NCBI GenBank assembly: GCA_964016885.1
Contig: OZ024759.1
Location: forward strand, 6,386,001 to 6,450,000
DNA: 64,000 bases
Direction of reading: 5' to 3'
From: Eledone cirrhosa
Taxonomy: Eukaryota
A program made the translations under genes and the position numbers. Shown piece after piece: positions 35,515-47,900 of this stretch. The notes beneath the pieces are model-generated. The model saw only the letters and a program-made list of their open reading frames with translations. It did no database searches and was not told where the DNA came from. How positions within the stretch are numbered: the first letter of the stretch is position 1; each line of letters opens with the position of its first letter.

Positions 35515-37722
35515 ACATAACAACAACAACAACATCCCCATAAACAACACCACCACCACCAACAACAACAACACCACCACCATCACCATAAACAACACCA
35601 CCAACACTACCTCCATAAACAACACCAGCACCACCACCATAAACAACACCACCACCTCCATAAACAACACCACCACCACCACCTCCATAAACAACACCAC
35701 CACCACCATCTCCATAATCAACACCACCACCACCACCACCACCACCTCCGCAAACAACAGCACCACCACCACCCCCATAAACAACACCACCACCAACACC
35801 ACCATAAACAACACCACCACCACCATAAACACCACCACCTCTGTAAACAACACCACCACCTCCATAAACAACTCCACCACCACCACCTCCATAAACAACT
35901 CCACCACCACCACCTCCATAAACAACACCACCACCACCACCTCCATAAACAACAACACCACCACCACCTCCATAAACAACACCACCACCACCACCCCCAT
36001 AAACAACACCACCATCACCACCACCATCACCACCTCCATAACCCCCCCCCCCCCCCCCCCGCCACCCCCATAAACACCACCACCACCACCACCACCACCT
36101 CCATAAACAACACCACCACCACCACCTCCATAAACAACACCACCACCACCACCTCCATAAACAACACCACCACCACCACCTCCAAAACAACACCACCACC
36201 ACCACCTCCATAAACAACACCACCACCACCACCTCCATAAACAACACCACCACCACCACCATAAACACCACCACCTCCATAAACAACACCACCACCACCA
36301 CCTCCATAAACAACACCACCACCACCATCTCCATAAACAACACCACCACCACCATCTCCATAATCAACACCACCACCACCACCACCTCCGCAAACAACAG
36401 CACCACCACCACCCCCATAAACAACACCACCACCAACACCACCATAAACAACACCACCACCACCATAAACACCACCACCTCTGTAAACAACACCACCACC
36501 TCCATAAACAACTCCACCACCACCTCATCCATAAACAACTCCACCACCACCACCTCTATAAACAACACCACCACCACCACCTCCATAAACAACACCACCA
36601 CCACCACCTCCGCAAACAACAACACCCCCCCCATAAACAACACCAACACCACCTCCATAAATACCACCACCACCACCACCTCCATAAACTACAACACCAC
36701 CACCTCCATAAACAACACCACCACCACCACCACCACCATAAACACCACCACCTCCATAAACAACACCACCACCACCACCTCCGCAAACAACAACACCCCC
36801 CCCCCCATAAACAACACCAACACCACCTCCATAAATACCACCACCACCACCACCTCCATAAACAACAACACCACCACCTCCATAAACAACACCACCACCA
36901 CCACCACCACCATAAACACCACCACCTCCATAAACAACACCACCACCACCACCTCCATAAACAACACCACCACCACCACCTCCATAAACAACAACACCAT
37001 CACCACCTCCATAAACAACAACACCACCACCTCCATAAACAACACCACCACCACCTCCATAAACAACAACACCACCACCTCCATAAACAACACCACCACC
37101 ACCACCTCCATAAACAACAACACCACCACCTCCATAAACAACACCACCACCACCACCTCCATAAACAACACCACAACCACCACCTCCATAAACAACAACA
37201 CCACCACCACCTCCATAAACAACACCATCACCACCACCTCCATAAACAACAACACCACCACCTCCATAAACAACACCACCACCACCACCTCCATAAACAA
37301 CCCCCCCCCATAAACAACACCACCACCACTACCTCCATAAACAACACCACCACCACCACCTCCATAAACAACACCACCACCACCACCTCCATAAACAACA
37401 CCACCACCACCCCCATAAACAACACCACCACCACCACCTCCATAAACAACACCACCACCACCATCTCCATAAACAACACCACCACCACCACCACCCCCAT
37501 AAACAACACCACCGCCACCACCCCCATAAACAACACCACCACCTCCATAAACAACACCACCACCACCACCCCCATAAACAACACCACCACCACCAACTCC
37601 ATAAACAACAACACCACCACCACCTCATCCATAAACAACACCACCACCACCTCCATAAACAACAACACCACCACCACCACCACCACCTCCATAAACAACA
37701 CCACCACCACCTCCATAAACAC
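35515..37722. repeat. (ACC)n-based minisatellite with TCCATAAACAAC core
   Basis: Unit of roughly 24-33 bp, CTCCATAAACAAC(ACC)n. Confidence 0.95.
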
Positions 37723-37811
37723 CACTCAGTGTTGGATGGATATAATCTATTACTTAATATTTTATTATTATCTCAAAAGATAATAATAAAATATTAAGTA
37801 ATAAATTATAT

Positions 37812-38686
37812 AATAATATTGTTATGCTTTGGGAGGGTCATGTTGCCAATAAGAAACACACGCACCAGTTGCTTTCACTCCAATTTATTATAAATTAAAT
37901 TTATAAATTTAAGAATTTATAAATTTCCGGTTGGTTGGTAGGTTCCATAACATCTTATGCTAAGATGTACTGAAGGATAATGTAAAGATAAGAATATAGT
38001 GTACATAGGTGAGACAGCTCGTAGTATGGGAGAACGGTTAAATGAACACTGGCGAGAACTTCAAGATAAAAAAGAATCATCAATACTCCACCAACATGCT
38101 AAAATAGAACATAAGGGCAAATTAGAGAACATAGAAATAAAAATAGAATCTACACACAGAAAAGACGCGATGTTTAGACAAATTACAGAGGCAATAAACA
38201 TAAATGAACTCCAACCAAAATTAAATAGAAAACATGAATGGAATAGCAACATCACAACTTACAATTAAGGACAAAATTAAAACACACACACACACATAGA
38301 ACAAACAACCAACTAGTAACATGTAAATAAACAAATATAAACACACACAGACACCCGGATGTAACACATGCGCAAACTAAGCACGCAACGCACACAAAAA
38401 CAAGATGGCGTAGGACAGAACAAAGGAGAGGCACAACAACAAAGAAAAGAATCCCCAGTCACTGAAGAGGTCACATAATGTGTGACGAAAGAACTTTGAC
38501 AATATATGAACAACCGTCCGGTTATGGAACCAACCAATCAACTGGAAATTTATAAATTCTTAAATTTATAAATTTAATTTATAATAAATTGGAGTGAAAG
38601 CAACTGGTGCGGTTTCAACACACGTTTTCAGATAAAGAATCTTGCTAAACAAATTCAGAAACGAAATATATAATAATAAAGCAATA
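37812..38686 (+). mobile_element. 5'-truncated Penelope-like element (GIY-YIG + pLTR, inverted 5' pLTR piece)
   Basis: YIGETARSMGERLNEH...RQITEAININELQPKLNRKHEW (37999-38268); hammerhead at 38457-38500; inverted pLTR piece at 37815-37950; 16-bp duplication AAGTAATAAATTATAT at 37796-37811 and 38687-38702. Confidence 0.85.
38457..38500 (+). ncRNA. Minimal type I hammerhead ribozyme
   Basis: GTCA-CTGAAGA-G-GTCACA TAATG TGTGAC-GAAA-GAAC-TT-TGAC. Confidence 0.8.
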
Positions 38687-38721
38687 AAGTAATAAATTAT
38701 ATCCATCCAACAGTGAGTGTC

Positions 38722-39150
38722 ATAATAATAACAATAGTAACCCCGACGTCAATATTAACTCTAGGCTAGATTCCGTAAATTTAAATACGACGTCAAACGT
38801 AACTTTGTCGAATGTTCATAATACCAATCTAAATCAGGAAACTGTAGCACCTATCGTAAGTAACTTCTCCAATTCAATTCTTTCTATAAATAACACTAGG
38901 TCACTTGTTAACTCTGGTAATTTCTCTAATCGTAATTGCAATTGCCCTATTAGAACTAAATGTCCTCTTAGTAACCATCCCATGATGATATTTGTTTTTG
39001 AAATGTGCATAATAAAATACATGGAACTCTTTTAACCATCTTTTGATTTTATATATTATTTATACTCCAGTCCTATAAATTGTTGAGTGCTACTTATCTG
39101 ATATTTGCATTGCTTTATTGTACTACAATAAAACTCACCTCCTACATATC
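38722..39150 (+). mobile_element. Internally deleted copy of the Penelope family at 15810-17740
   Basis: NVHNTNLNQET...CNCPIRTKCPLSNH joined directly to the 3' half of the pLTR hammerhead (GAAATGTGCATAATAAAA). Confidence 0.75.
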
Positions 39151-39156
39151 ATTTCA

Positions 39157-39410
39157 TCATCATCATTTCATTTTACGTCCACTTTTCCCTGCTTGCAAGG
39201 GTGGGACGGTTAACTGATGCTGGCTTGATTTCTACAACTGGATGCCCTTCCTAACACTAACCTCATTTACGTGAGTGCTGGGTGCTTTTTTGCCGTGGCA
39301 CCCCCACGACCACTTTACAGTGGAACGATAGGGACCCCAGTCCCTATCATCTCATTTCTACAGCTGAGTAAACTGGAGCAATGTGAAATAAAGTGTCTTG
39401 CTCAAGGAAA
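39157..39410 (-). mobile_element. Non-autonomous RTE-mobilised SINE-like chimera
   Basis: Minus strand: CORE-like CCTTGAGCAAGACACTT segment, then the RTE 5'-UTR-like AGGAAGGGCATCCAG motif, then the last ~50 nt of the PHD-RTE and (GAT)n. Confidence 0.6.
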
Positions 39411-39905
39411 CATCATCATCGTTTAACGTCCATTTCCTACACGACCACTTTACAGTGTGGACTGGATGTTGTGGTACCAACATAACTTTACAGAGAAAGG
39501 GTGGTGTGGGTGGGAGTGGGAGGATGGAGCAGGGGATGTGGGGTGTATATTTGGTTAAGAGGGCCCTACTGACTGTAGGTTAACTTTGTATGTAAGGAAA
39601 GGTGGGTCTTCTGTATTACTGTGTAGCGCCAAACATCTCGATCCAGTGACATTGTCTTAGAGAGGTGTAAGTGTGCAAGGTCAGATTTTATCATCTCGTC
39701 CCAGGTTTTTCTGGGTTTACTCACTCCGTAGCTTCCATCAATTTTGATCGTTCTGCACTTATTTTTACAGTTGTTGTCCTTCATACACATCACATGTCGA
39801 TACCAACGTAATCTCCTCTCCAGAACACAACATTTGATACCTCTTATGCTTAGTCTCTCTCTCAATTCCTTTATGCCTTGCCATTCATGTACATTACTAT
39901 TACAT
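39411..39905 (-). mobile_element. RTE LINE 3' fragment
   Basis: ERRLRWYRHVMCM...KPRKTWDEMIKSDL; (CAT)n tail. Confidence 0.85.
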
Positions 39906-40079
39906 ATTTATATATATATATATTCATATATATATATAAATATATATGTTATTCCGGGTTGAATCGGAGGTAACCACAGTAAGGTACTCAATACAAAGCA
40001 CAGTATAAAAGTTTTAATATAGAAGAGGTTCTACAGGACCAGAACTGTCCCACTCGTGAGAAATAATTATATACATATA

Positions 40080-40141
<62 letters not shown>

Positions 40142-40144
<3 letters not shown>

Positions 40145-40570
40145 TCATTCGTCGACTACTGTCGAGATGATGGATCTCACTCTCATGCCCCAGAATCCCC
40201 TGTCCCCCATCGCTGCCCCCAGGTCCTGTCTTCTGATTCCCGTATCCCTAGAGATAACGTCAGGGAATGACAGCTTCCTACTCCTAGTCAGGCTGGAGTC
40301 AGGGTTCCAGAGCAAGAGAGCGGATATGATTTCATTGCTGGCACGGTGACAGTGGCCAGCAAATTGAGCTCTCTGGGATTTTAGAAGGGCAGAGGCTCGA
40401 GGGAGTTTGCCATAGATTTTAGACAAGGTGGGATGTCGTTTCCAGGATAGGTTTTGCACTCTCATTAAGAGGCGGGTATCTGTGTCATCCAATCTCCTCT
40501 CAACTTACCAACAAGCTAAAACTGGAAATATTCCAAGCAACCATTAAGCCCATATTACTTTATGGATCCG
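40142..40570 (-). mobile_element. RTE-like LINE 3' fragment (separate family)
   Basis: TRLLMRVQNLSWKRHPT...RAQFAGHCHR...LLLWNP...RDTG. Confidence 0.7.
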
Positions 40571-40674
40571 AAACTTGGACACTAACATATATATATAGCG
40601 AGGGAAAAGTGGTAAGGAACCAGGTGGACCATAACGCACCAAAGTACTCAATACTTAGGGTAGTAGAGTGGGTA

Positions 40675-40798
40675 ATAGGAGTAAGTAAGACCCCGACGGC
40701 TGAGCTCAAGCCGTTTCGACGGCTAATTCTGTACTGATTCAGTACAGAATTAGCCGTCGAAACGGCTTGAGCTCAGCCGTCGGGGTCTTACTTACTCC

Positions 40799-40801
<3 letters not shown>
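40675..40801. repeat. Perfect 63-bp-arm palindrome containing half of a hammerhead
   Basis: 1-nt spacer at 40738; each arm has GAAA-CGGCT TGAGCTC AGCCG-TC-GGGGTC but no CUGANGA. Confidence 0.88.
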
Positions 40802-40851
<50 letters not shown>

Positions 40852-40959
40852 GTATATATATATATATGTAAAAGGTAAACAGAAATAACAAAAAGCAAAC
40901 AACACAGTACATTGAAGAAATATATTAGTTATGTAATACATAACATAAGATAATTATTT

Positions 40960-41016
40960 CATTTACCAGTGGTTTCTTGAAAACAGATGTAGTGTCTGTC
41001 TTCAGTCGTCAGAATG
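40960..41016 (-). ncRNA. Type I hammerhead ribozyme motif
   Basis: Minus strand: CATT-CTGACGA-CTGAAGACAGA CACTACA TCTGTTTTCAA-GAAA-CCACTGG-TA-AATG; related copy at 47846-47900 (+). Confidence 0.78.
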
Positions 41017-41561
41017 CTGTATATGTATATATATTTATATATCATCATCATCATCACCACCGTTTTAAGTCACTTTTTCCACACTAGCATGGGTTAGACA
41101 AGTTGTCCTGTTGTGGGCACTGCTAGGTCAGGTGACCATGTCTTGCTCATATAGAACTGATTTTGGCTTAGTTTCTACAGCTGTGAAAGCCCTTCCTAAC
41201 ACCAACCTCATTTACAGTATGGACTGGGTGCTTTTTGCCGTGTCACCATCACTTTTCAGTGTGGACTATGTACCATGTTTTTAACTGTTGGTCAATCAAT
41301 GATAAACATTGATTGTCAGCTGAATTAATTATAAAAATGTTTTAAAAAATATACTGAAGCAAATACCAACCTAAACCAAGCAGTGAGTATGTAGAGTGAA
41401 AACTTAATTAAAATTTTTTTTTTTTTTTTTTAATGTGGCAAAGCCGGCCATTTATCGCTCATATACAGGAAACTGACTGGCTGATATGCAAATCTGGCTC
41501 ATCAGTCATTGTGTATTTTTGAAAATAGCATATATTTTCACTAGCTCTGACAGTTTGGCAG

Positions 41562-41627
41562 GTGAACAGTGAGCTGTACTGATGAAGGGTGATACCCAGA
41601 AACATTAGTGTCTGCAGTTCTGTTTAC
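41562..41627 (+). ncRNA. Type I hammerhead ribozyme with extended stem I
   Basis: GTGAACAGTGAGCTGTA-CTGATGA-A-GGGT GAT ACCC-A-GAAA-CAT TA GTG-TC-TGCAGTTCTGTTTAC. Confidence 0.82.
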
Positions 41628-41716
41628 ATGCCAACACAAGAGCAAGAATGAGGGGCTCATTCTACTGACATGGCTTTAAAAATGAGGCTTGTTTACATAA
41701 TTGCATAATCGAATAT

Positions 41717-42632
41717 TGGAATCAAGAGGACTGAGAGTGAACATACTTAAGACAAAAATGTTGATAAGTAGAAGAGAGGACAACACTCTGATTCCATCAG
41801 GGAAATGGCCATGTTTGATATGTAGGAAAGGAACTGGCATAAATTCCATAAAATGTATGCAATACAGATCTTGGGTACACAAGAGACGTAGTAGGATAGC
41901 AGGTAAACTAACAGGTAGGGAAAACTATGTATGCAGTAGATGTACAGGGAAAGTTGGCAGTAGTAATCGCAGTGATAGACACATTTTTCCAATGGAGGTG
42001 GGTTCTAGAGAAGTGGTGGATTGCTTCCGGTACCTAGGTGATCAGATTAGCATGGGAGGGGCGTGTTCCGAGGCCATAGTATATAGAATAAGGACGGGTA
42101 GGAAGTGTTTAGGGAGCTGCTTCCTCTGTTGACAAAGAAGGGTTTCTCCTTGCGTACGAAAGGATGGTTATATGATGCCTGTGTGAGATGCGCGATGCTG
42201 CATGGTAGTGAGACATGGGCAGCAACTGCAGAGGATTGCGATGGCTGGAGAGAAATGAAGCAAGTATGTTCCGTTGGATGTGCAATGTCAGTGTGCATGA
42301 ACGACCAAGCATAGACGAGTTGAGAAAGAAACTGGGTATAAGAGGGATAAGTTGTGGTGTGCAGGAGAGAAGGCTGAGATGGTATGGACATGTGATGCAC
42401 ATGGAGGATGACCGATGGGTGAAGAAGTGCCAGGAAATGCCAGTTGAAGGAAGACGCAGTAGAGGTAGACTACGAAAAACATGGGCGGAGGTGGTGAGAG
42501 CAGACCTCAGATCACTGCAACTCGCGGAGGAGATGACGAAGGACCGTGACAAGTGGGGAGATGCTGTGCTGAATAGGACCCGTCCAACCCTTGCAAGCAG
42601 GGAAAAGCAGACGTATAATGATGATGATGATT
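41717..42632 (+). mobile_element. Diverged, frameshifted PHD-RTE 3' fragment
   Basis: [17 protein letters not shown]..., [17 protein letters not shown]; (GAT)n tail. Confidence 0.88.
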
Positions 42633-43307
42633 CGAAAAACTCAGATTACATTTATTGTATTCAGCCATGTAGAGCGAAAATTTAATTTTTATAAATTTTA
42701 TATATATATATATAATTTACATAATTTGCTTAAAAGTATAACTTGTCTCTACCTGTTTTGTTATGTCCCACTGTGTACTGGAATGAATGGTATCAACCTT
42801 AATTTACTGAAACTATAGTAATTTCCAGAGGTTGACTGAGGAGATGGGACCGTCTATCTCTTTGTTATGTTTTCCATTGCCTTTGTCCTATGTGCCCCCT
42901 ATTTGGAATATATATATATAAATGTATATATAATTATTAATTAAAATGTTATTTGTCTCTAAAACTTAGACATCTCAATGAATGGATAACATATCACACA
43001 GAGAATTAATTTTACAAATTAAACTTATGCCATTAAAACTGTGTTTAGGTGAGTATAAGTCAGAAAGACTAAAATAACAGTCTCACTCATATCAGTTTAA
43101 TATATATCTATCTATATATATATTGTTATATTTGGGGAGGGTCATATATATATACAATGTGGTCTACCTTTTGTGGTAGGGTCTATACAGCAGCTAGAAC
43201 AAGTATTTCAGTGAGATCCAGAGATAGGGTCCGTGTTTTGCTGAGTCACTCCTTTAGATACTGAGTCTGATATATTAGATATTAGTTTAACAATGATAAT
43301 AACAAAG

Positions 43308-43734
43308 GCAGGTTATTTTACATATTCCTTTCATTGTTTTGTAATAGTTTCGGAGGGTTGATAATATTGATATATAAGTGGTTGGTGTTAGGAAGGGCAT
43401 CCAGCTGTAGAAAACCCGCCAGACAGTCCTATGCGAGCAAGACAACCACTCTTGCCTCAAGTGGGAAAACTCCCGTCCAAACCCATGCAAGCGTGGAACA
43501 TGGACGTTAAACGATGATGATGATGATGATGATGATGACTGATCTATAGCAGAGAACTGTATACTATCAGACATAGTATATAGGTTCGATCATACTGAAG
43601 CAGACGATATGATCGAACCTATATACTATGTCTGATAGTATACAGTTCTCTGCTATAGATCAGTCAATATATCAATATTATCAACACTCCGAAACTATTA
43701 CAAAACATTGAAAGGAATATGTAAAATAACTTGC
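43308..43734. repeat. Fold-back element whose left arm is interrupted by an RTE-tail insertion (43377-43535)
   Basis: 43308-43376 mirrors 43667-43734 and 43536-43593 mirrors 43608-43666. Confidence 0.82.
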
Positions 43735-44815
43735 ATCTGTGGTACTTTTACCTGACACAAACCCGAACTGCATTTCATCCAGATCAATTCGCTCTCTGAT
43801 TAGTTGCGCTATTACTTTTTCTGTGACCTTCATAACCTGGTCAATTAATTTAATGCCTCTATAGTTACTCCTATCTAGGGCATCTCCTTTACCCTTGTAG
43901 CAGTTAATGATGATGCTGCTACGCCAGTCCTTTCGTACGACCCCAGTCTGTATAACTTGGTTTACTATCCGGGTGACCATAGTGTGTCCCACCATTCCAA
44001 ATGCTTTCAGCATTTCAGCAACTATTTCCGAAGGCCCAGCCGCCTTGCCCGTCTTCATATCTTTGATTGCCTTACTTATTATACTACCTTCAACTCGCAC
44101 TGCAGGTCCCTCTATTGGATCGATGTGGGGGAGGCTGCCTTTCTCCCATTTATTCTCCTTATTTAGTAGCCCTTCGTAGTGACACTTACAACTTACCTTC
44201 TTATCAGCGTCAGTGATGGCAAGTACATTACGGACACACTTCTCCCTGACAAATCATGGTTCTCCTTGACACATTATCTAGCAATCCTGAACACCTCACG
44301 TTTTTGGTCCTCGGGTTGTAGAACATGCTTGAACTTCCTTTCCTCTGCTTCCCTTCTTGCGAAGTACACTTGTCTCCTAGCTTCCCTCCTGGCCACTTGA
44401 TAGTCTTCTCTACTTCCCCCATCCCGCCATACTTTCCAAGCCTGCTTTTTGGCCTTAATTGACTCCTCCACCTTACTGTTCCACCACCAAGTTACTCTCC
44501 TCCTGCCTATAGGTCTGCTCCAGACACAGATTTCATCTGTTGCCTTCAGCAGGTTAGCTTTCAGGAATTCCCACTGTTCCTCTATATTGTACGACTCTAA
44601 TTGCTCTTCCTTACTGTCGAAAGCATCAAGTAATATGCTTTTAAATTTATTACTGGATGTGGGGTCCTTTAACTTCCATATTTTTCTCCTCAGGATAGTC
44701 CTCCTCTGTTGTCGAGTATGTCTTGTCCTGACTATGAGGTCACTAACTATGAGTCTATGTTGGGAGGTACATTCTTCATGGGGGAGGGATTTAGTGTTTA
44801 CAACAGACACTCTGT
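43735..44815 (-). mobile_element. RTE LINE internal fragment (sister family)
   Basis: [56 protein letters not shown]. Confidence 0.88.
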
Positions 44816-45610
44816 TATATATATATATATATGTATATATATATGTATATATGTATATGTATATATGTATATATATATATATGTGTGTGTGTATGGATTT
44901 ACGTATATATGTATATATATATGGGTGTGTTGAATTTTTATTGCGTGCGTGTGTGTGCGCACGCGTGTGTACGTATGTACGTGGGTTATGTACCTATGAT
45001 ATTTATCTATCTATATTTGTATGAATTTGTATGTGGATGTGTGTATATATGTGTATGTATATATATATGTATATATATATTATATGCATATATGTGTCAT
45101 CATCATCATCATCATCATTTTATGTCCACTTTTCCCTGCTTGTATATATATTTATTTGTTTATATATATACATATATATGTGTGTGTGTTTGTATGTGTA
45201 TATATATATTGTGTGTATTTGTGTGTATTTTTACGTTGTTTGCATTCATATCTAACCCCCCTCCCCCACCCTTCGTTATCAACACGTCATTTTTTGGCTC
45301 TATTTTTATTTTTATTTTTATTTTCTTATATATTTTTTGAATTTTTTTAATCTTATTTATTCAGTTATTACTGTCTCTGAACTACTTCCTAATGGTTTGT
45401 ACATATTGATATGTGCATGTGCATGTTTATATATGTATATATATGTGTATATATATACAGGTGTTTATATATATATACATATATGTGTATGCATGCTTGT
45501 ATATGTATGTGTGTATGGATTTGTATATCTTTATGTGTGTGTATATATATATATATATATATTATTCAAAATATTAATAAATGGATACATTCACATAATC
45601 AAAATATATG

Positions 45611-45672
45611 TTATATTATATATATTTCGGAGGTACTGTGTTGTTTTTTCAGTACATCCTCATCAGATAAAG
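45611..45672 (-). ncRNA. Type I hammerhead ribozyme motif
   Basis: Minus strand: TTTAT-CTGATGA-GGATGTACTG...CAGTACCTCC-GAAA-TATATA-TA-ATATAA. Confidence 0.72.
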
Positions 45673-45901
45673 TGTGTGCTTTTAATCTATTGTAAAACAG
45701 TATTTATTGAATAATCAATGAACCTTGTTTAACATTTGGTTATATATATATATATATGTGTGTGGGTGTGTATATATGTGCGAGATTGTGTAGGTGTCAC
45801 AACAAAAAATACACACAGTCCACGCTGTAATGTGACCGTGTAGGTAACACGGTAAAAAGTTCCCAGTTCCACACTGTAAATGTGGTTGGTGTTAGGAAGG
45901 A

Positions 45902-47340
45902 AAGCTGTACAAGCCATGCATAGGGGAGCAGTCAGCAAAGTTAGGATTAGCAATGAGTATAGCGAGGAATTTAGCGTACAGGTTGGTGTCCACCAGGGCT
46001 CTGTTCTTAGCCCTCTCCTGTTCATCATAGTCCTGCAGGCAATAACGGAGGAGTTTAAGACCAGATGCCCATGGGAACTCCTGTATGCAGATGACCTCGC
46101 ACTTATAGCTGAATCTATGGTAGAACTAGAGAAGAAATTCCAAACTTGGAAGCAGGGACTAAAAAGAAAGGGTCTGAAAGTCAACATGACAAAGACTAAG
46201 GTCCTTGTAAGTAGACGAGAAAACAGAACCCAGATCCCCTCAGGGAAATGGCCTTGCTCAGTATGTAGGAAAGGTGTAGGTAGGAACTCCATTCTCTGCC
46301 CCAAATGCAAACAATGGGTACACAAAAGATGTAGCAGGATCTCAGGAAGCTTAATTAAGAATGTAGTAGCTGTGCTGGGACAGCAAGCAGCAAACAGCCA
46401 CAGGAAACAAGTACCACCAATCTCTGGGAGGGCTCTGTAGAAACAGTAGACAGCTTCTGCTACCTAGGTGACCGAATTAGCAGTAGAGGTGGGTGTTCAG
46501 AAAGTACAATAACTAGGGTAAGAATGGGATGGAAGAAGTTCAGGGAACTACTGCCACTGCTAGCTGCAAAAGGCTTCTCCCTCAAAATGAAAGGCAGACT
46601 GTATGATGCGTGTATCCAAATAGCAATGTTACATGGTTGTGAGACCTGGGCGCTGAAGGTGGAAGACTTACGTAGATTAGAAAGAAACGAAGCCTGCATG
46701 CCCCGATGGATGTGTAATAGTAATATACGCGAACGACAAAGCATAAATGAATTGAGAGAGAGACTGAGCATAAGAGGAATCAAATGCTGTGTGCAGGAGA
46801 GGCGGTTGCGTTGGTATGGACATATGATGAGTATGAAGGATGACAGCTGCATAAAAAGGTGCAGAGCACTAGAAGTCGATGGAAACCGCGGAGTGGGGAG
46901 ACCCAAGAAGACCTGAGATGAGGTGATAAAAGCCGACCTTTCCCAATTACACCTATCAAAGGTACTCTGTATTACTGCGTGACCTCTGGCGTCACGCAGT
47001 AATACAGAGTACCCGACCTCCCATGAGTACAAGCTGAAGCATATAGACAATATGTCCCTACACCCTTCCACTGCAAGGTGGTCATGGAGGGGCCACAGCA
47101 AAAAAGCACCCAGCCCACACTATAAAGTGGACGTGTAGGCACCACGAAAAAGCACCCAACACTCACTGTAAATGAGGTTGGTGTTAGGAAGGGCATCCAG
47201 CTGTAGAAATCAAGCCAAAATCAGTTCCTGTATGAGCAAGGCATGGTCAGCCGACCAGGCACTGCCCACAACAGGACAACCTGTATAACCCATGCTAGCA
47301 TGGAAGAACGGACGTAAAACAGTGATGATGATGATGATGA
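45902..47340 (+). mobile_element. Sister-family PHD-RTE 3' half with UTR
   Basis: [61 protein letters not shown]; frameshifted; (GAT)n tail. Confidence 0.88.
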
Positions 47341-47845
47341 TCCAGCCGTAGAAAACCTGCCAGATAGTCCTATATGAGCGAGACAGGGTCACCCGACCAA
47401 CCTTGCCTCGATTGGGACAACTCCTGTCTAACCCATGTTAGCGTGGAAAATGGACGTTAAATGAAGATGATGATTATGATGATGATATGTATAGAGACAT
47501 TTGTGTTTGTATGTATGTGTGTATGTGTGTGTATACATTTTTATATATGTGAGTGTGTCTTTGTGTGTACATGTTTGAGTGCATATATATCTGTGTATAT
47601 GTGTGTGTATGTATTTATGTTCCTGTTCGTATTTCCACGTAGACGCAAATACGCTTATGTGAGAAAGTATACGTCTACGTACTATTACGTATATGCGTGT
47701 GGTTGAGTGTGTGTATGTTTATGTTCTGGATATTTATTTATATATTTTTCCCCTAAACCCTTTTTGCCCGTATTTTCAGCCTCACTTTCATATTTCCTAA
47801 ATTTTGTTTTCAAATCCATATTTAATAAAAACACCATGTTATTTA

Positions 47846-47900
47846 TTCATTCTGACGACTGATATAAATATCTGCCTTCAAGAAACCTCTGGTAAATGAA
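47846..47900 (+). ncRNA. Hammerhead ribozyme motif with degenerate stem II
   Basis: TTCATT-CTGACGA-CTGA...TTCAA-GAAA-CCTCTGG-TA-AATGAA. Confidence 0.65.

Noticed and set aside
32178-37725. Poly-His, poly-Thr, poly-Gly and poly-Val ORFs up to 975 aa
   Set aside because: Triplet-repeat artefacts open on both strands, with no unique coding context.
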